IMG/VR virus record: IMGVR_UViG_3300045961_000282
Location: 1-64,000 of that record
DNA: 64,000 nucleotides
Reading direction: 5' to 3' (one strand)
In this document: one piece after another, positions 26,424 to 35,673 of the stretch
Layout of the letters: each line of letters opens with the position of its first letter
Numbering within the stretch: position 1 is the stretch's first letter
The notes under the pieces: model-generated
What the model was told of the DNA's origin: nothing
Seen by the model: only the letters and a program-made list of their open reading frames with translations
Database searches by the model: none
Position numbers and translations under genes: made by a program

Positions 26424-26466
26424 ACAACAAACCCCCCGTCCTGCCATCGGACGGGGGGTTTGTTGT
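26424..26466. terminator. bidirectional intrinsic terminator
   Basis: 18-bp perfect inverted repeat between convergent genes. Confidence 0.9.
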
Positions 26467-26475
26467 TGCGGTGGA

Positions 26476-26934
26476 TCAGAAAGGCGGTGCGTCCTGCGCC
26501 GGGGCGCCCCATGCGCCCTGCTGCGCCGGGGCCTGCTGGGGGGCCGGGGGCTGGTTTGGCGCGGTGGGCCACTGGGCGTTCGGCGCGGCCGGGGCGGGGC
26601 GGGAGGCCACCCGGAAGGCGTTGTACTGCCGTCCCGCGCCCGAGGACTTCTTGCCGTCGTAGACCACGGCGAACTCGTCGCCGGGCCGCGGGCGCTGCTC
26701 CTCGACCTCGTTCTTGAGCACGGTGGCCATGCAGTGCACCGCGATGTCGGTTCCGTCGGCCTGCTTGATGGTCACGATCGGGTAGCCGTCGGGGTGGTTG
26801 TCGTTCTTGCGGCGATCGACGGACACCACGATGCCCTCGACGCCATCGCCCGGCTGCTCCCACCGCCACGACGGGGCGTACTCGACACCACTGTCTTCGG
26901 CAGGCTTGCTGCGCAGATCATCCAACAGACCCAT
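26476..26934 (-). CDS. single-stranded DNA-binding-like (OB-fold) protein
   Basis: PGD.VEG.V..., Y.GKK..Y..F; P/Q/A-rich tail ending DAPPF. Confidence 0.6.
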   Translation of the reverse strand: MGLLDDLRSKPAEDSGVEYAPSWRWEQPGDGVEGIVVSVDRRKNDNHPDGYPIVTIKQADGTDIAVHCMATVLKNEVEEQRPRPGDEFAVVYDGKKSSGAGRQYNAFRVASRPAPAAPNAQWPTAPNQPPAPQQAPAQQGAWGAPAQDAPPF

Positions 26935-26989
26935 GTCGCTGTGTCCTTTCCTCCCGCCTTAGGTCCTTAGCGCCTAGGGCATGCCGGGG

Positions 26990-27018
26990 AGCCTAATGGG
27001 GCCGTCAAGCCCTGTCAA
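26990..27018 (-). promoter_or_regulatory. SigA-type promoter TTGACA-17-TAGGCT with tandem TTGAC
   Basis: Consensus spacing, upstream of SSB-like gene. Confidence 0.75.
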
Positions 27019-27211
27019 CACCCCCGCATCGGTGGTTCGGGAACACTGATCCACAGGACCGGCAGTGGGACATGTCGTGCTGGCTGCCCTTGATGAAGCG
27101 GTGGTAGCGCATGTACTCCGAGGCTGCCCTGCGGCATTCGGGGCAGGGGGGTTCGCCGCTGCGCTGGTGGGCGTTCCATCCTGCATAAGTCCCACATTGC
27201 TCGCGCTTCAT
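27005..27211 (-). CDS. small Cys/His protein (motif often found with phage WhiB-like proteins)
   Basis: CGTYAGW.AH.R.GE.PC..CR.A. Confidence 0.65.
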   Translation of the reverse strand: MKREQCGTYAGWNAHQRSGEPPCPECRRAASEYMRYHRFIKGSQHDMSHCRSCGSVFPNHRCGGVDRA

Positions 27212-27221
27212 GGTAATCACG

Positions 27222-27701
27222 CTACGCCTCTGTCCTGAATGCTTCGTCGAGCACCACTCCGGTGACCTTGAGGCCGTCCAACTTGGTGATCCGGGCCCGC
27301 CGCGGCGCGACCACGATCCGGCCGGAGGCGGGCTTGAGCGTCAACCGGGACCTCGGCTGGGCTTCGGGCAGCGGAACCATATCCACATGCCGGGCTGTCG
27401 CCTCGGCGAGCCGCAGCGACTTGTTCACGCTTCGCCACTGCGCGTCCCTGACCCGAGTGGTGGTTGCGCGCATGGCGCGCAGTTCCTTCTCGGCGGCGTC
27501 GAGGTGGGCCATCATCTGCTCGGCCGACCCCGCAGAACCGATGACGTGGTGGCTCTGCAGCATGGTGCGGGCGCGGCCGATGCTGTGGATCGCTCGGACG
27601 GTGTCGGGATCCAACTGCCGCGCGTTGGAGCGCGACGCCCCCTCTGCGGAACGGCGCGCCAGCAGGACCTCATTGACGAACTCGATCGCCGCTTTGTTCA
27701 T
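27222..27701 (-). CDS. hypothetical protein
   Basis: Coupled ORF. Confidence 0.6.
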   Translation of the reverse strand: MNKAAIEFVNEVLLARRSAEGASRSNARQLDPDTVRAIHSIGRARTMLQSHHVIGSAGSAEQMMAHLDAAEKELRAMRATTTRVRDAQWRSVNKSLRLAEATARHVDMVPLPEAQPRSRLTLKPASGRIVVAPRRARITKLDGLKVTGVVLDEAFRTEA

Positions 27702-28042
27702 TTCGGGGCCTTTGGGAGGTCGAATGTGTCGGAGGTGCCCAGCAGTTCAATCGCGTGAGCGAGGGACACCTGCGCCTGCTTGACCGGGCGCAGGTCCTTG
27801 CGATCCAACAGGTAGACGGTCAGACTGCGCTGTGCGTTGACCAAGAACATCAGCACCGCGCTCGACACGGGGACCCGCGAGGAACCCGTCGGCCCGATGA
27901 GCACGGAGGTGTCCATGGCTTGGATGGCGCGCCCGACGTGGGTCAGGGCGTTGTTGGCGAACAGGCCCCGTTCGTCCTTGGTGCGCTCGGCCACGTCGAT
28001 CAGCAGCAGCAGGGCGGCATTGGCCTCGGTGGCGACGCTCAT
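27698..28042 (-). CDS. hypothetical protein
   Basis: Coupled ORF. Confidence 0.65.
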   Translation of the reverse strand: MSVATEANAALLLLIDVAERTKDERGLFANNALTHVGRAIQAMDTSVLIGPTGSSRVPVSSAVLMFLVNAQRSLTVYLLDRKDLRPVKQAQVSLAHAIELLGTSDTFDLPKAPK

Positions 28043-28392
28043 CACGGCGCCTGCGGGAACGGCACCACCCACGTGGCGTCAAGGCTGGCCCGCGACCGCG
28101 CGGCCCGCCCGGCGAGGGTGGCCAGCGCAGAGTTCATGGTCTGCTTGCCATGCATGCCGCCATCCTCGTACCCCTTGAGGTACACCCCGTAGTCCCACAG
28201 CATCATGGCTGCCGCCTTTTCTAGGTCCAGCCACGATGGGCCGATGACCAGCAGGTCCTCAAGAGTTTCGCGGTACCGACTGATGGTGTGGAACAGCCTG
28301 CCGGGCCTGCCGCTCTTCGCGGTGTGTTCGATTTCCAAGTCGATCTCCCGCAGCCATTTGCGCAGGGGTTCGTTGGGGTCGGTGGTAGTCAT
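28042..28392 (-). CDS. hypothetical protein
   Basis: Start just after TGATAGGCT at 28401-28412. Confidence 0.65.
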   Translation of the reverse strand: MTTTDPNEPLRKWLREIDLEIEHTAKSGRPGRLFHTISRYRETLEDLLVIGPSWLDLEKAAAMMLWDYGVYLKGYEDGGMHGKQTMNSALATLAGRAARSRASLDATWVVPFPQAP

Positions 28393-28407
28393 GGTCCCCA
28401 AAGCCTA

Positions 28408-28785
28408 TCACGCCGCTGTGTCGGCGGCTCTCGCGGTGCGCAGCGGCAGTGGGTGGATGTCGGATTTCCCGATGGCCTCGGACACCCACCCGTGTCGGGC
28501 CATGTAGGCCGCGCGCAGCGACAGGGCCCGCGACGTCGGGATGGTGGTGGAGATCGTGCTCAGCACCTCCCGCAGCATCCACAGCCGGACCTCCATCGGG
28601 TAGTGGCCGACCACCACCACGTCCGTGGTCAGGTACAGGTGCAGCACCTTGGCATGCCGGTACGCCGAAGCCAGCCACAGGTGCGCCGTCTCATCGTCAC
28701 CCGCCGCGGCAGCCTCGAACCCCGCCTCGGCGGCCCTCATGATGTGATCGACCCGCCCGAGCGCGTCGCGTTTGGCGTCGTTCAC
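28408..28785 (-). CDS. hypothetical protein
   Basis: GTGA overlap. Confidence 0.65.
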   Translation of the reverse strand: MNDAKRDALGRVDHIMRAAEAGFEAAAAGDDETAHLWLASAYRHAKVLHLYLTTDVVVVGHYPMEVRLWMLREVLSTISTTIPTSRALSLRAAYMARHGWVSEAIGKSDIHPLPLRTARAADTAA

Positions 28786-29183
28786 GCCTCTTGCCTGTGC
28801 AGGTACTCCAGCCACGCCAGCGCGACGGCGGCGACCTGCACCAGTTCCTCGGCCAGCATCTCGGTGGGGTCGCCGTCGAGAACCGATCGGGCCACCTCGC
28901 CGACCTCCTCGGTGAGCACGACAACCTTGTGCTCGGCCGGAATCGGGTGGGCGCAGGTGCGGTTTGGGTGCAGAGCCTCCTGTCGGACCCGCTCAGCCAC
29001 GATTCGATCGAGCAGTACCTCGCGCGCCTCCCGCGCTTCCGGGACGGGACTCAGGTGCACCAGCAGGGCGTCGCGCAGCACCTCGGACTTGCTCTTGCGC
29101 TGCCGCGTGGCGGCCTCGGAGAGCGCGGCGCGCTGCACCGGGTCGATGCGCACGCAGACCGGGGTTGCATCAAACGACGGCAC
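28782..29183 (-). CDS. ribbon-helix-helix + MazG-like NTP pyrophosphatase fusion
   Basis: VCVRID..L..AA....SKSEVLRDAL (RHH); RQE..., LTEEVGEVA, EELVQVAAVA (MazG-like). Confidence 0.75.
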   Translation of the reverse strand: MPSFDATPVCVRIDPVQRAALSEAATRQRKSKSEVLRDALLVHLSPVPEAREAREVLLDRIVAERVRQEALHPNRTCAHPIPAEHKVVVLTEEVGEVARSVLDGDPTEMLAEELVQVAAVALAWLEYLHRQEA

Positions 29184-29520
29184 GGAGTTTCTCCTCTGCA
29201 ACGGCAAGCCAGCCCTCGACGTTCTCGCCGCGGGAACTCAGGTAGACCCAGAAGCCAACGATCGAACCATACGAGAACCGCTCGCCGAACTCCTCGACGG
29301 TGCCGCGCCACGCCTTGACCTTCTGTCCGGTGGGGAACGTGCACGGGGCGCCCGCCTCCAGAATGGTCACCACGTCACCATCGCGGCCCACGACGTAGAC
29401 CCAGTACGCCAGCATCTCGTGGAACCGATCGCCGGGCTGCGGGTCCCAGAACGCCTCGGCAGTGGCCCGCTTGGCCTCCTTGAGGCCGGGAGCCTCGGCG
29501 AAGGGGTCCGTGTGCGTCAT
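29170..29520 (-). CDS. hypothetical protein
   Basis: Start just after TGATAGGCT. Confidence 0.65.
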   Translation of the reverse strand: MTHTDPFAEAPGLKEAKRATAEAFWDPQPGDRFHEMLAYWVYVVGRDGDVVTILEAGAPCTFPTGQKVKAWRGTVEEFGERFSYGSIVGFWVYLSSRGENVEGWLAVAEEKLRAVV

Positions 29521-29544
29521 ACGTCGAAGCCTATCAACCGCCGA

Positions 29545-29943
29545 TCACCAGCACGGCTTGCTGCGGGAGTACCAGTGCGAGCGTCCGCGCCCGTGGTCCC
29601 ACACGGTCCAGAAGAACCGATCCTGATCTGCGCGCGACCAGCGATTGACAGGCGTTCCAGCCAGCCACGGCTTGCCCATCTTCTTCGCTCCATAGCGGCG
29701 CAGGGGACCCATGACCTGATAGGCCCCAGCGGCGCCGGAGTAGCGATTGACGACCCCGTAGTGCCCCCGAGACTCGCGGTGCACGATGCACTTGCGCACG
29801 GCTTCGTAGCGGGGGCTGTAGAACTTCCCGGTGTACGCCGACGACCGCACGTCGCGCGGGGAGCCCGTGTGCGCCGTGGCGGGCGCGGCAGTCAGCAGCA
29901 GGGCAAGGGACAGCGGAACGGCCACGAGGGCGCGGCGAAGCAT
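29545..29943 (-). CDS. secreted Rpf/SceD-like lytic transglycosylase
   Basis: Signal peptide; CIVHRES.G.Y..VN..SGAAGAYQ; QD; HW. Confidence 0.8.
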   Translation of the reverse strand: MLRRALVAVPLSLALLLTAAPATAHTGSPRDVRSSAYTGKFYSPRYEAVRKCIVHRESRGHYGVVNRYSGAAGAYQVMGPLRRYGAKKMGKPWLAGTPVNRWSRADQDRFFWTVWDHGRGRSHWYSRSKPCW

Positions 29944-29981
29944 CAGGTACCTCCGGTGAGTCGGCGATTCTGGTGGTGGTG

Positions 29982-30188
29982 CTAGTTGGACCAGTTGCGC
30001 ACCGCGGCGCAGATCTGGGCCCGATCGGGGTCGAACCCGATGTCGGCGTACAGGTCGTCGGCGATCTGGTCGAGCAGGTAGGGCAGGGCGGCGGCGATCA
30101 CGCTGTCGGCCACCTCCCGTGGGTTGTCGTATCCATGGAAGGCAGCCGCCTGCGCCCCCGCTTCCAGCCACTTCGCAGTCGCGCTCAT
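29982..30188 (-). CDS. hypothetical protein
   Basis: AAAGGAAAG RBS; WLEAGA..VIAAALP weakly resembles module B/C. Confidence 0.6.
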   Translation of the reverse strand: MSATAKWLEAGAQAAAFHGYDNPREVADSVIAAALPYLLDQIADDLYADIGFDPDRAQICAAVRNWSN

Positions 30189-30227
30189 TCGGTCTTTCCT
30201 TTCGGTCGGCCTACAGAGTGCGGATCA

Positions 30228-30256
30228 CAATGTCCGATCAGTCAAGCAGTGTCAAG
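30228..30256 (-). promoter_or_regulatory. promoter TTGACA-17-CATTGT with tandem TTGAC
   Basis: Same architecture as 26990-27018. Confidence 0.6.
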
Positions 30257-30271
30257 CACATCACGGCTGAA

Positions 30272-30484
30272 TCAGTCGATGACCTCCATCGGCGCGAACC
30301 GGGCGGCGGCGTCACGCATCATGCAGTCGACGCTGCAGTAGACGCTGTACGCCCCATCGGCACTGCCGTCCGGGTTCGGCCAGTAGATGACCACGAACCC
30401 GTGCTCGCGAGGAGTTCGGCTCCATGTGTCACAGCCGGGCCCCTCGCAGTGGGCGGCGTTGAACCAGAACGGCTGCTCACCCAT
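30272..30484 (-). CDS. small zinc-binding protein
   Basis: CEGPGC..YCS.DC. Confidence 0.6.
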   Translation of the reverse strand: MGEQPFWFNAAHCEGPGCDTWSRTPREHGFVVIYWPNPDGSADGAYSVYCSVDCMMRDAAARFAPMEVID

Positions 30485-30725
30485 GGGACACCCGCTTGGC
30501 AATGACCCGGCGGCCATGCTCGGTCAGGATCTCGTAGCGCCCCGCTGCAGCCAGCGTCCGCAACCCGTCGGCGTAGGCGCTCAGGGCCATGGAGTCGACC
30601 GTTCCGTCGTCGTCGATGGCACAGCCCTGCCGGGTCAGATCCTCGACCAGATCGAGCAGTTCGTCGACGTCGTTGCGCAGTGCGGCCACCTCGATTTGAA
30701 GGCCCCTCATGCGGTCGTCGCTCAT
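30477..30725 (-). CDS. hypothetical protein
   Basis: Coupled; LTRQGC..DSMALSAYA. Confidence 0.7.
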   Translation of the reverse strand: MSDDRMRGLQIEVAALRNDVDELLDLVEDLTRQGCAIDDDGTVDSMALSAYADGLRTLAAAGRYEILTEHGRRVIAKRVSHG

Positions 30726-30985
30726 TTCCTGTCCACCTCAAATGCGTGCCAGACAAACGGGCCCTGCTGAACCGTGGCGATGTAGGTCCCCGGGTCGTCC
30801 GGAACGGGGTTGCCGGTGCCGTAGATCGCGATGGTGCGCGGCTCAAGGTCGTTGGTCTGGTTCACGGTTCCCCACAGGGTCAGGTGACCGCCCTGATTCT
30901 GTGCCGTCAGGAACTTGGTCCCCACCGGCACGTCGATCACCTGCAGGTCGGTGACGAGCAGGTTCCACTTCCAGATGCTTTTCAT
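30722..30985 (-). CDS. conserved-type phage protein
   Basis: IWKW.L..., GTG.P..YIATVQ..FVWH. Confidence 0.75.
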   Translation of the reverse strand: MKSIWKWNLLVTDLQVIDVPVGTKFLTAQNQGGHLTLWGTVNQTNDLEPRTIAIYGTGNPVPDDPGTYIATVQQGPFVWHAFEVDRK

Positions 30986-31857
30986 GGCTGCTCCGTCTGG
31001 TTGAGGATGTTGCCGCCGGGCTGACGCGGGTTGAGGCCCTTCTCGGTCATCAACTTCTCGATGTAGCCGTCCTCGCCGAGCAGGTCGACCCACGGCTTGG
31101 CCTTCTCAGCCTCGGCCTTCTCCACGGCCACCTGCGCCTCCGCAGCGGCGACGCGGGCATCGGCCTCGGCCTTCGCGGCGTCGGCGCGAGCCACGGCGGC
31201 CTGCTGCTCGACCAGCGCCTCCTTGATGCTGGCGGGCGGCTCGGGCTTCTGCAGCGTGATGGAGAAGTTCTGGAAGAACTGCTCGTCGCCGTCGGTCTGG
31301 CGATCCACCAGCCCCGGCAGGAGTTCGAGCACCTCGTTCTCCCACTGCGTCTTGGTCGCAGTGTCGTTGTACAGCGCCGTGTACTTGTACTTCTGTCCGG
31401 CGCGGTCGACGGCGGTGTTCAGCGGCTGCCCGACGTAGAGAGCCAGCGTCTTGTTCCACCCCTCGGGCGTGTTCTGGTCAGTGAAGTAGGCCGCGTTGCG
31501 GTTGCCGATCTTCTCGTGGAACTGACGCAGCGTGTCGCACTCGGTGTTGAGGTTGAAGTTCACCACGCCCGTCACGGACATCTCGATGCCGTCGGCGGTC
31601 ACGAAGGTGATCGGGCCCGTGTCCGCGTTCGCGGTGTCGAACGACCAGTACCGCTGGGATGCGGGGTACTGGTAGTAGGAGTCCGAGATGCCGCCCCAGT
31701 CGCGCGTCGAGGGCTCGATGCAGTCGATGAACGACTGCGACTGCGTGGCACCGCCGGAGTACGCGACCGCCACCATGTCGGGGGGCGTGCTCACGGTCGC
31801 GCACCCCGCGAGGGCGAGCGCCGCCAGTGCGACGGCGGGAATGGTGATCTTCTTCAT
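30982..31857 (-). CDS. SPFH/band-7-like lipoprotein
   Basis: Lipobox LAGC; T.DG..M.V; C-terminal AE/AK coiled coil. Confidence 0.8.
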   Translation of the reverse strand: MKKITIPAVALAALALAGCATVSTPPDMVAVAYSGGATQSQSFIDCIEPSTRDWGGISDSYYQYPASQRYWSFDTANADTGPITFVTADGIEMSVTGVVNFNLNTECDTLRQFHEKIGNRNAAYFTDQNTPEGWNKTLALYVGQPLNTAVDRAGQKYKYTALYNDTATKTQWENEVLELLPGLVDRQTDGDEQFFQNFSITLQKPEPPASIKEALVEQQAAVARADAAKAEADARVAAAEAQVAVEKAEAEKAKPWVDLLGEDGYIEKLMTEKGLNPRQPGGNILNQTEQP

Positions 31858-32102
31858 GAGAGTTCCCTTTGCTTGAACTTGGTGATTTGGATGTCGATGA
31901 GGGCAGCGCTGGGGTCCACGTCGAGCGCGTTGCGCGCAATGTCGTGGATCTCATTGACCAGCGTCTGGTACTGCCCGATCCGGTATCGCTGTGAGGACAG
32001 CAGTTCTTCGCGCCTCGCCCGGCGCATTTGTGCCATGACCACGACGAAGGTCAGGACCACCGCCAGTCCGATCACGATGACCAGTGCCAGTCTTGGATTC
32101 AT
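31854..32102 (-). CDS. small membrane protein
   Basis: N-terminal TM; coupled to SPFH gene. Confidence 0.7.
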   Translation of the reverse strand: MNPRLALVIVIGLAVVLTFVVVMAQMRRARREELLSSQRYRIGQYQTLVNEIHDIARNALDVDPSAALIDIQITKFKQRELS

Positions 32103-32151
32103 AGGCTGAGCCTAGCACGTTGCGGACATGACCCAGTTCCACGTGAAACCG

Positions 32152-32499
32152 TCAGCGCAACCTGCTCCCGCAGCAGCCGTCGCAGGAGTGCGCCGCGAGC
32201 ACCTTCGCCTCTATGGCGCCCCGGCTCTCCATCAGGTACTCCCACTGGTCTGGGTCGAAGTGCCCGACCCCGTGCTCGCAGATGCGCTCGATGAGGCCCG
32301 TGTCGTTGCGCCAGACCTGCGTCATCGCCCGCATGGAGTGCACGGTGCGATGGTGCAGCGGGCAGGCGCCCTGCCCCGCGCACTTCTCGGGTGGGTGTGC
32401 CATCACCTCGACGTCGGAGTGCTCCAACTTGGCAGCGACGAAATCGGACGGAACTATGCCGGTCGGCCAGACGAAGGGGCTCTCAGGCTTCTTGGGCAC
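32152..32499 (-). CDS. His/Cys-rich phage protein
   Basis: H..C.G...C.LH..H.M..ERICEHGVGH.DPD..H.CDGCC. Confidence 0.7.
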   Translation of the reverse strand: MPKKPESPFVWPTGIVPSDFVAAKLEHSDVEVMAHPPEKCAGQGACPLHHRTVHSMRAMTQVWRNDTGLIERICEHGVGHFDPDQWEYLMESRGAIEAKVLAAHSCDGCCGSRLR

Positions 32500-32830
32500 T
32501 GAGCCACTCCTCGAGTCGTGGGTTGATGACGTACTTCTCGCCCCGTTCGATGCGGGAGATCGTGGAGAACGACATGCCCACCTCGCGCGCCAGCGCACGC
32601 TGGCTGAGCCCGGCATCCATCCGCGCCGCGCGCAGCCGCTCGGCCATCGGTGGCTGGTGGATCGGGTGCAGGGCGCAGTCGGGAAGCACGGAGCGCAGGG
32701 AGTCCACGTCGGCGAACCTGCTCACTGTCTCGCCCGCGTACCAGCAGATCACCACCGAACCGTTGAAGAACTCCACGCCCTCCCCGAGCGGGCCCTCATC
32801 TCCGTCGCGCACCAGCAGGAACGGCCTCAT
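32483..32830 (-). CDS. XRE-family HTH protein with N-terminal phage domain
   Basis: RLRAAR..GLSQRALA..VGMS.STISRIERG. Confidence 0.85.
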   Translation of the reverse strand: MRPFLLVRDGDEGPLGEGVEFFNGSVVICWYAGETVSRFADVDSLRSVLPDCALHPIHQPPMAERLRAARMDAGLSQRALAREVGMSFSTISRIERGEKYVINPRLEEWLSAQEA

Positions 32831-33135
32831 GAAGTCACTTCCTTGATCAGGTCGATGGCGTACTGCTGCTCGAACCGGCAGCCCTCACAGGCGATGCAGT
32901 CCTCGGTCGGGTGCCCCTCGGGAATCGTCAGGCTCAGCCACGCAGCAATCTCGAACGGCGGCGCGCCGGATGCGATCTGCTCCAGCACCAACCGATGCCA
33001 GTCGGCGCAGACCAGACAGGCGAAGGAGTTGGGTCCGTGGTCGGACTGTGGATCCACGTCGAACATCGCGTCGATGACGCCGATCGCATAGTCGGCGTCG
33101 ATGTCGAAATCGGGCATGAAGTGATCTTCGGTCAT
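32827..33135 (-). CDS. hypothetical protein
   Basis: Two H..CxxC motifs. Confidence 0.65.
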   Translation of the reverse strand: MTEDHFMPDFDIDADYAIGVIDAMFDVDPQSDHGPNSFACLVCADWHRLVLEQIASGAPPFEIAAWLSLTIPEGHPTEDCIACEGCRFEQQYAIDLIKEVTS

Positions 33136-33341
33136 CTCAGGTACCCCTTCTGCCACAACTGGTCGCGCACCACGGACTTGCGGCCCCCGGCCAGTTGGTG
33201 GTCCAGCATCGACACGGTGTTGCGCGGCCAGCGGCGGAACCTGCGGGGGACGCAGTACCGCCGATGCCACCGCAGCGCGGCCACTGGGTTGTTGGTCATG
33301 ACCCGGCTGCCGCAGTCGGTGCAGTAGGCCTTGTGCTTCAC
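33132..33341 (-). CDS. small zinc-finger-like protein
   Basis: CTDCG..WH..C. Confidence 0.6.
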   Translation of the reverse strand: MKHKAYCTDCGSRVMTNNPVAALRWHRRYCVPRRFRRWPRNTVSMLDHQLAGGRKSVVRDQLWQKGYLR

Positions 33342-33619
33342 GGGGTCATCCTCACGAACATGTCCCGCAGCGACGCGAGGTAGCCCGCACGCCAGTCCTC
33401 GCTGCGCGCGGCGAAACCGGCGGGCGGGGTCGCCTCGAACTTGTCGGCCAACGCATCGCAGAGCCGAGCGAAGGCGCGGGCGGAGTCGGCGCGAACCATA
33501 TGCACGATGTCCAGCAGCAGCGCGTCGGTGACCTGCCCGTCCCTGACCTCATCGAGCCGATGGCTGATCACCATTGCGATCCGCTCCAGAAGGACCTCGT
33601 CCTCGTCCATCAGGGTCAA
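33338..33619 (-). CDS. hypothetical protein
   Basis: Coupled ORF. Confidence 0.65.
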   Translation of the reverse strand: MTLMDEDEVLLERIAMVISHRLDEVRDGQVTDALLLDIVHMVRADSARAFARLCDALADKFEATPPAGFAARSEDWRAGYLASLRDMFVRMTP

Positions 33620-33747
33620 CTGTGGTCGCCCTCCTCCAGAATCCAGAGCAGGCGGGCACGCTCGGCGCCCAGCCGCGAGAGTTCGGCCTCGTGGCCCTCG
33701 ATGAGGGCATCCACCTCGGCGAGGCGGCGCACGGCGTCAGATGGCAT
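33616..33747 (-). CDS. small coiled-coil protein (43 aa)
   Basis: GGGAGG RBS; coupled to next gene. Confidence 0.55.
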   Translation of the reverse strand: MPSDAVRRLAEVDALIEGHEAELSRLGAERARLLWILEEGDHS

Positions 33748-33809
33748 GGCTCGACCTCCCTGTTGCGTGGGTGTGGCCGAAGGCTAGCAGGGAGCGGCGA
33801 ACCGTGCTG

Positions 33810-35612
33810 CTAGTTGTTCGTCCAGCCCGCCTCCGAGAACGTTCCCCACCCCGATGACGGGGCCGCGGGGGGCGGCGCCGAAGATGGAGCAGAGTCTGGT
33901 GGATAGGTCTCGGTCCTCTCGATGGCGGCTCTGACCGCTTCGATCGGATGGTTGTTCGCATCTCGCGGCTCGCATGGCAGCCACGGCCAGTTGTCGGGGT
34001 CATTGCTGCGCCGCAGCGCCACGGGCCACTCCCGCTCGTCGCGCGCCCCGCGCCACGCGAGGAAGTCGGCGTAGTTGAGGTCGGGCATGCCCGGCTGGAT
34101 CGGGGCATCACCGGGCTGCGGGACATGCTCAGGTCCGGGATCCCGGAACGACAGCCCATACCCGAACTCGGGCCAACGAAGCAACAGGCTGGAACCGGTC
34201 GGACGCACCGGACGCACGCCACCCATCTTGTTGGACTTGAATCCGTCACTGTGTGGTGAATGCGCCTCCATCAACGTGGTGAACCCATACCGGGCCCGCG
34301 CCTGATCGATGGTTGACACGACCTTGCGGGTCAGGTCCTCCTCGTTGGGATTGCCGACGAACAGCCGGTACCACGGCCCGATGATGACCAGATCTGGCTT
34401 GAGAATTGCGAGCCGTTCAAAGAACCACGCAACATCATCCGGCTTGGTCAGATCGATTCCCTCGGTCCGATGTGCGAATCGGAACGCCCCCGTCGCGACA
34501 GGCCTGCCCATTTCGATGGCGATTCTTCCCAGATTCCCAAAGGCTCTTCGGTTCTGACGGATCGAGTTCTCTGCATCGAACCATGCCACCCGCTTCGGCT
34601 CGATGCTGGTCATGTAGAAGGGATGGATACCGGCAGCAACACATGTGGCGAACTGGCGAAGGACGCTGCTTTTACCGCCACCCTCAATTCCAGTTATGAT
34701 AATCCTGTCGCCTTTTTCGAGGAGACCCGGAATGAGCCATTCATACTGCTCCTCCGGGCCACTGATCAAGTCGACAAAATCAATCAGCCCCAAGTCGGGC
34801 GTCTCGATCTGATCGGTGATCTGCAGGTCGGCCAGCGTGTGCCCGGCGTTGATGTGGTCGGTGAAGTCCTTGAGATCGTCGGCCGCCTCGGCCACGAAAT
34901 CCACGACCCCGCCGACCTCCTCGATCAGTGACTTGACCAGCCGCGCGTGCTTGCGCCCGGCCTCATCGGCGTCGGCGATGATCGCGACGTGGGCCCCCGC
35001 CTTGAACACGTCGGCGAACTCGGGCAGGAACTTCCCGGCACCGCCGGAGTTGCAGGTGGCCACCAGCCCTAACGACTCGGCGGTGTGGACGTCCTTCTCG
35101 CCCTCAAGGATGTACGTGACCTCCCCCGCTGCCACCGCCGCCAGCACCTTGGGCAGCCGGTAGAGCACCGGGCGCACGCCGTCGAGGTTCCACGACCACC
35201 CGCTGGCCTTGGTCCCGTCGGGGCGGCGCTGGCGAAAGGTCTTCTTGCCGTCAGGGGTGTTGACCCGCACGACCTCGTAGAGCAGCGTGCCCTTCTCGTC
35301 CTCGTAGCGGTAGACCGCCGTCGCGGGCAGGTTGTTGCCGAACTGGTCCTTGACCGGGGTCCACTCTCCCGTGGTTTCCTCCTTGGGTTTCTCGCCCATG
35401 ATGTCGCGGAACGACAGCCCCCACGCATCGAGGATGTTCGGGGTGTCGCACCCTCCGTGGCAGTGGAGCAAAGCCATTCCCGTGTCGCTGACCTTGATCG
35501 CCAGCGACGCCGTGCCATCGTCGTGGGACGGGCACTTCGTCAGCCACTGGTCCCCGGCGCGCGTGATGCGTCCGGCCTTTGCTTCCAGTGCGGGGGGCAA
35601 CGCTCGTGGCAC
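33810..35612 (-). CDS. DNA primase/helicase (Zn finger + TOPRIM + RecA-like helicase)
   Basis: CPSHDD..CHGGC; EGEKD; DAD..G; Walker A GIEGGGKS. Confidence 0.92.
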   Translation of the reverse strand: MPRALPPALEAKAGRITRAGDQWLTKCPSHDDGTASLAIKVSDTGMALLHCHGGCDTPNILDAWGLSFRDIMGEKPKEETTGEWTPVKDQFGNNLPATAVYRYEDEKGTLLYEVVRVNTPDGKKTFRQRRPDGTKASGWSWNLDGVRPVLYRLPKVLAAVAAGEVTYILEGEKDVHTAESLGLVATCNSGGAGKFLPEFADVFKAGAHVAIIADADEAGRKHARLVKSLIEEVGGVVDFVAEAADDLKDFTDHINAGHTLADLQITDQIETPDLGLIDFVDLISGPEEQYEWLIPGLLEKGDRIIITGIEGGGKSSVLRQFATCVAAGIHPFYMTSIEPKRVAWFDAENSIRQNRRAFGNLGRIAIEMGRPVATGAFRFAHRTEGIDLTKPDDVAWFFERLAILKPDLVIIGPWYRLFVGNPNEEDLTRKVVSTIDQARARYGFTTLMEAHSPHSDGFKSNKMGGVRPVRPTGSSLLLRWPEFGYGLSFRDPGPEHVPQPGDAPIQPGMPDLNYADFLAWRGARDEREWPVALRRSNDPDNWPWLPCEPRDANNHPIEAVRAAIERTETYPPDSAPSSAPPPAAPSSGWGTFSEAGWTNN

Positions 35613-35673
35613 GGAACCTCCTTGGTGGTGTTGATGCCCGAAACCCTAGCAGGCAATCGGTAGGGTGGTCAGC

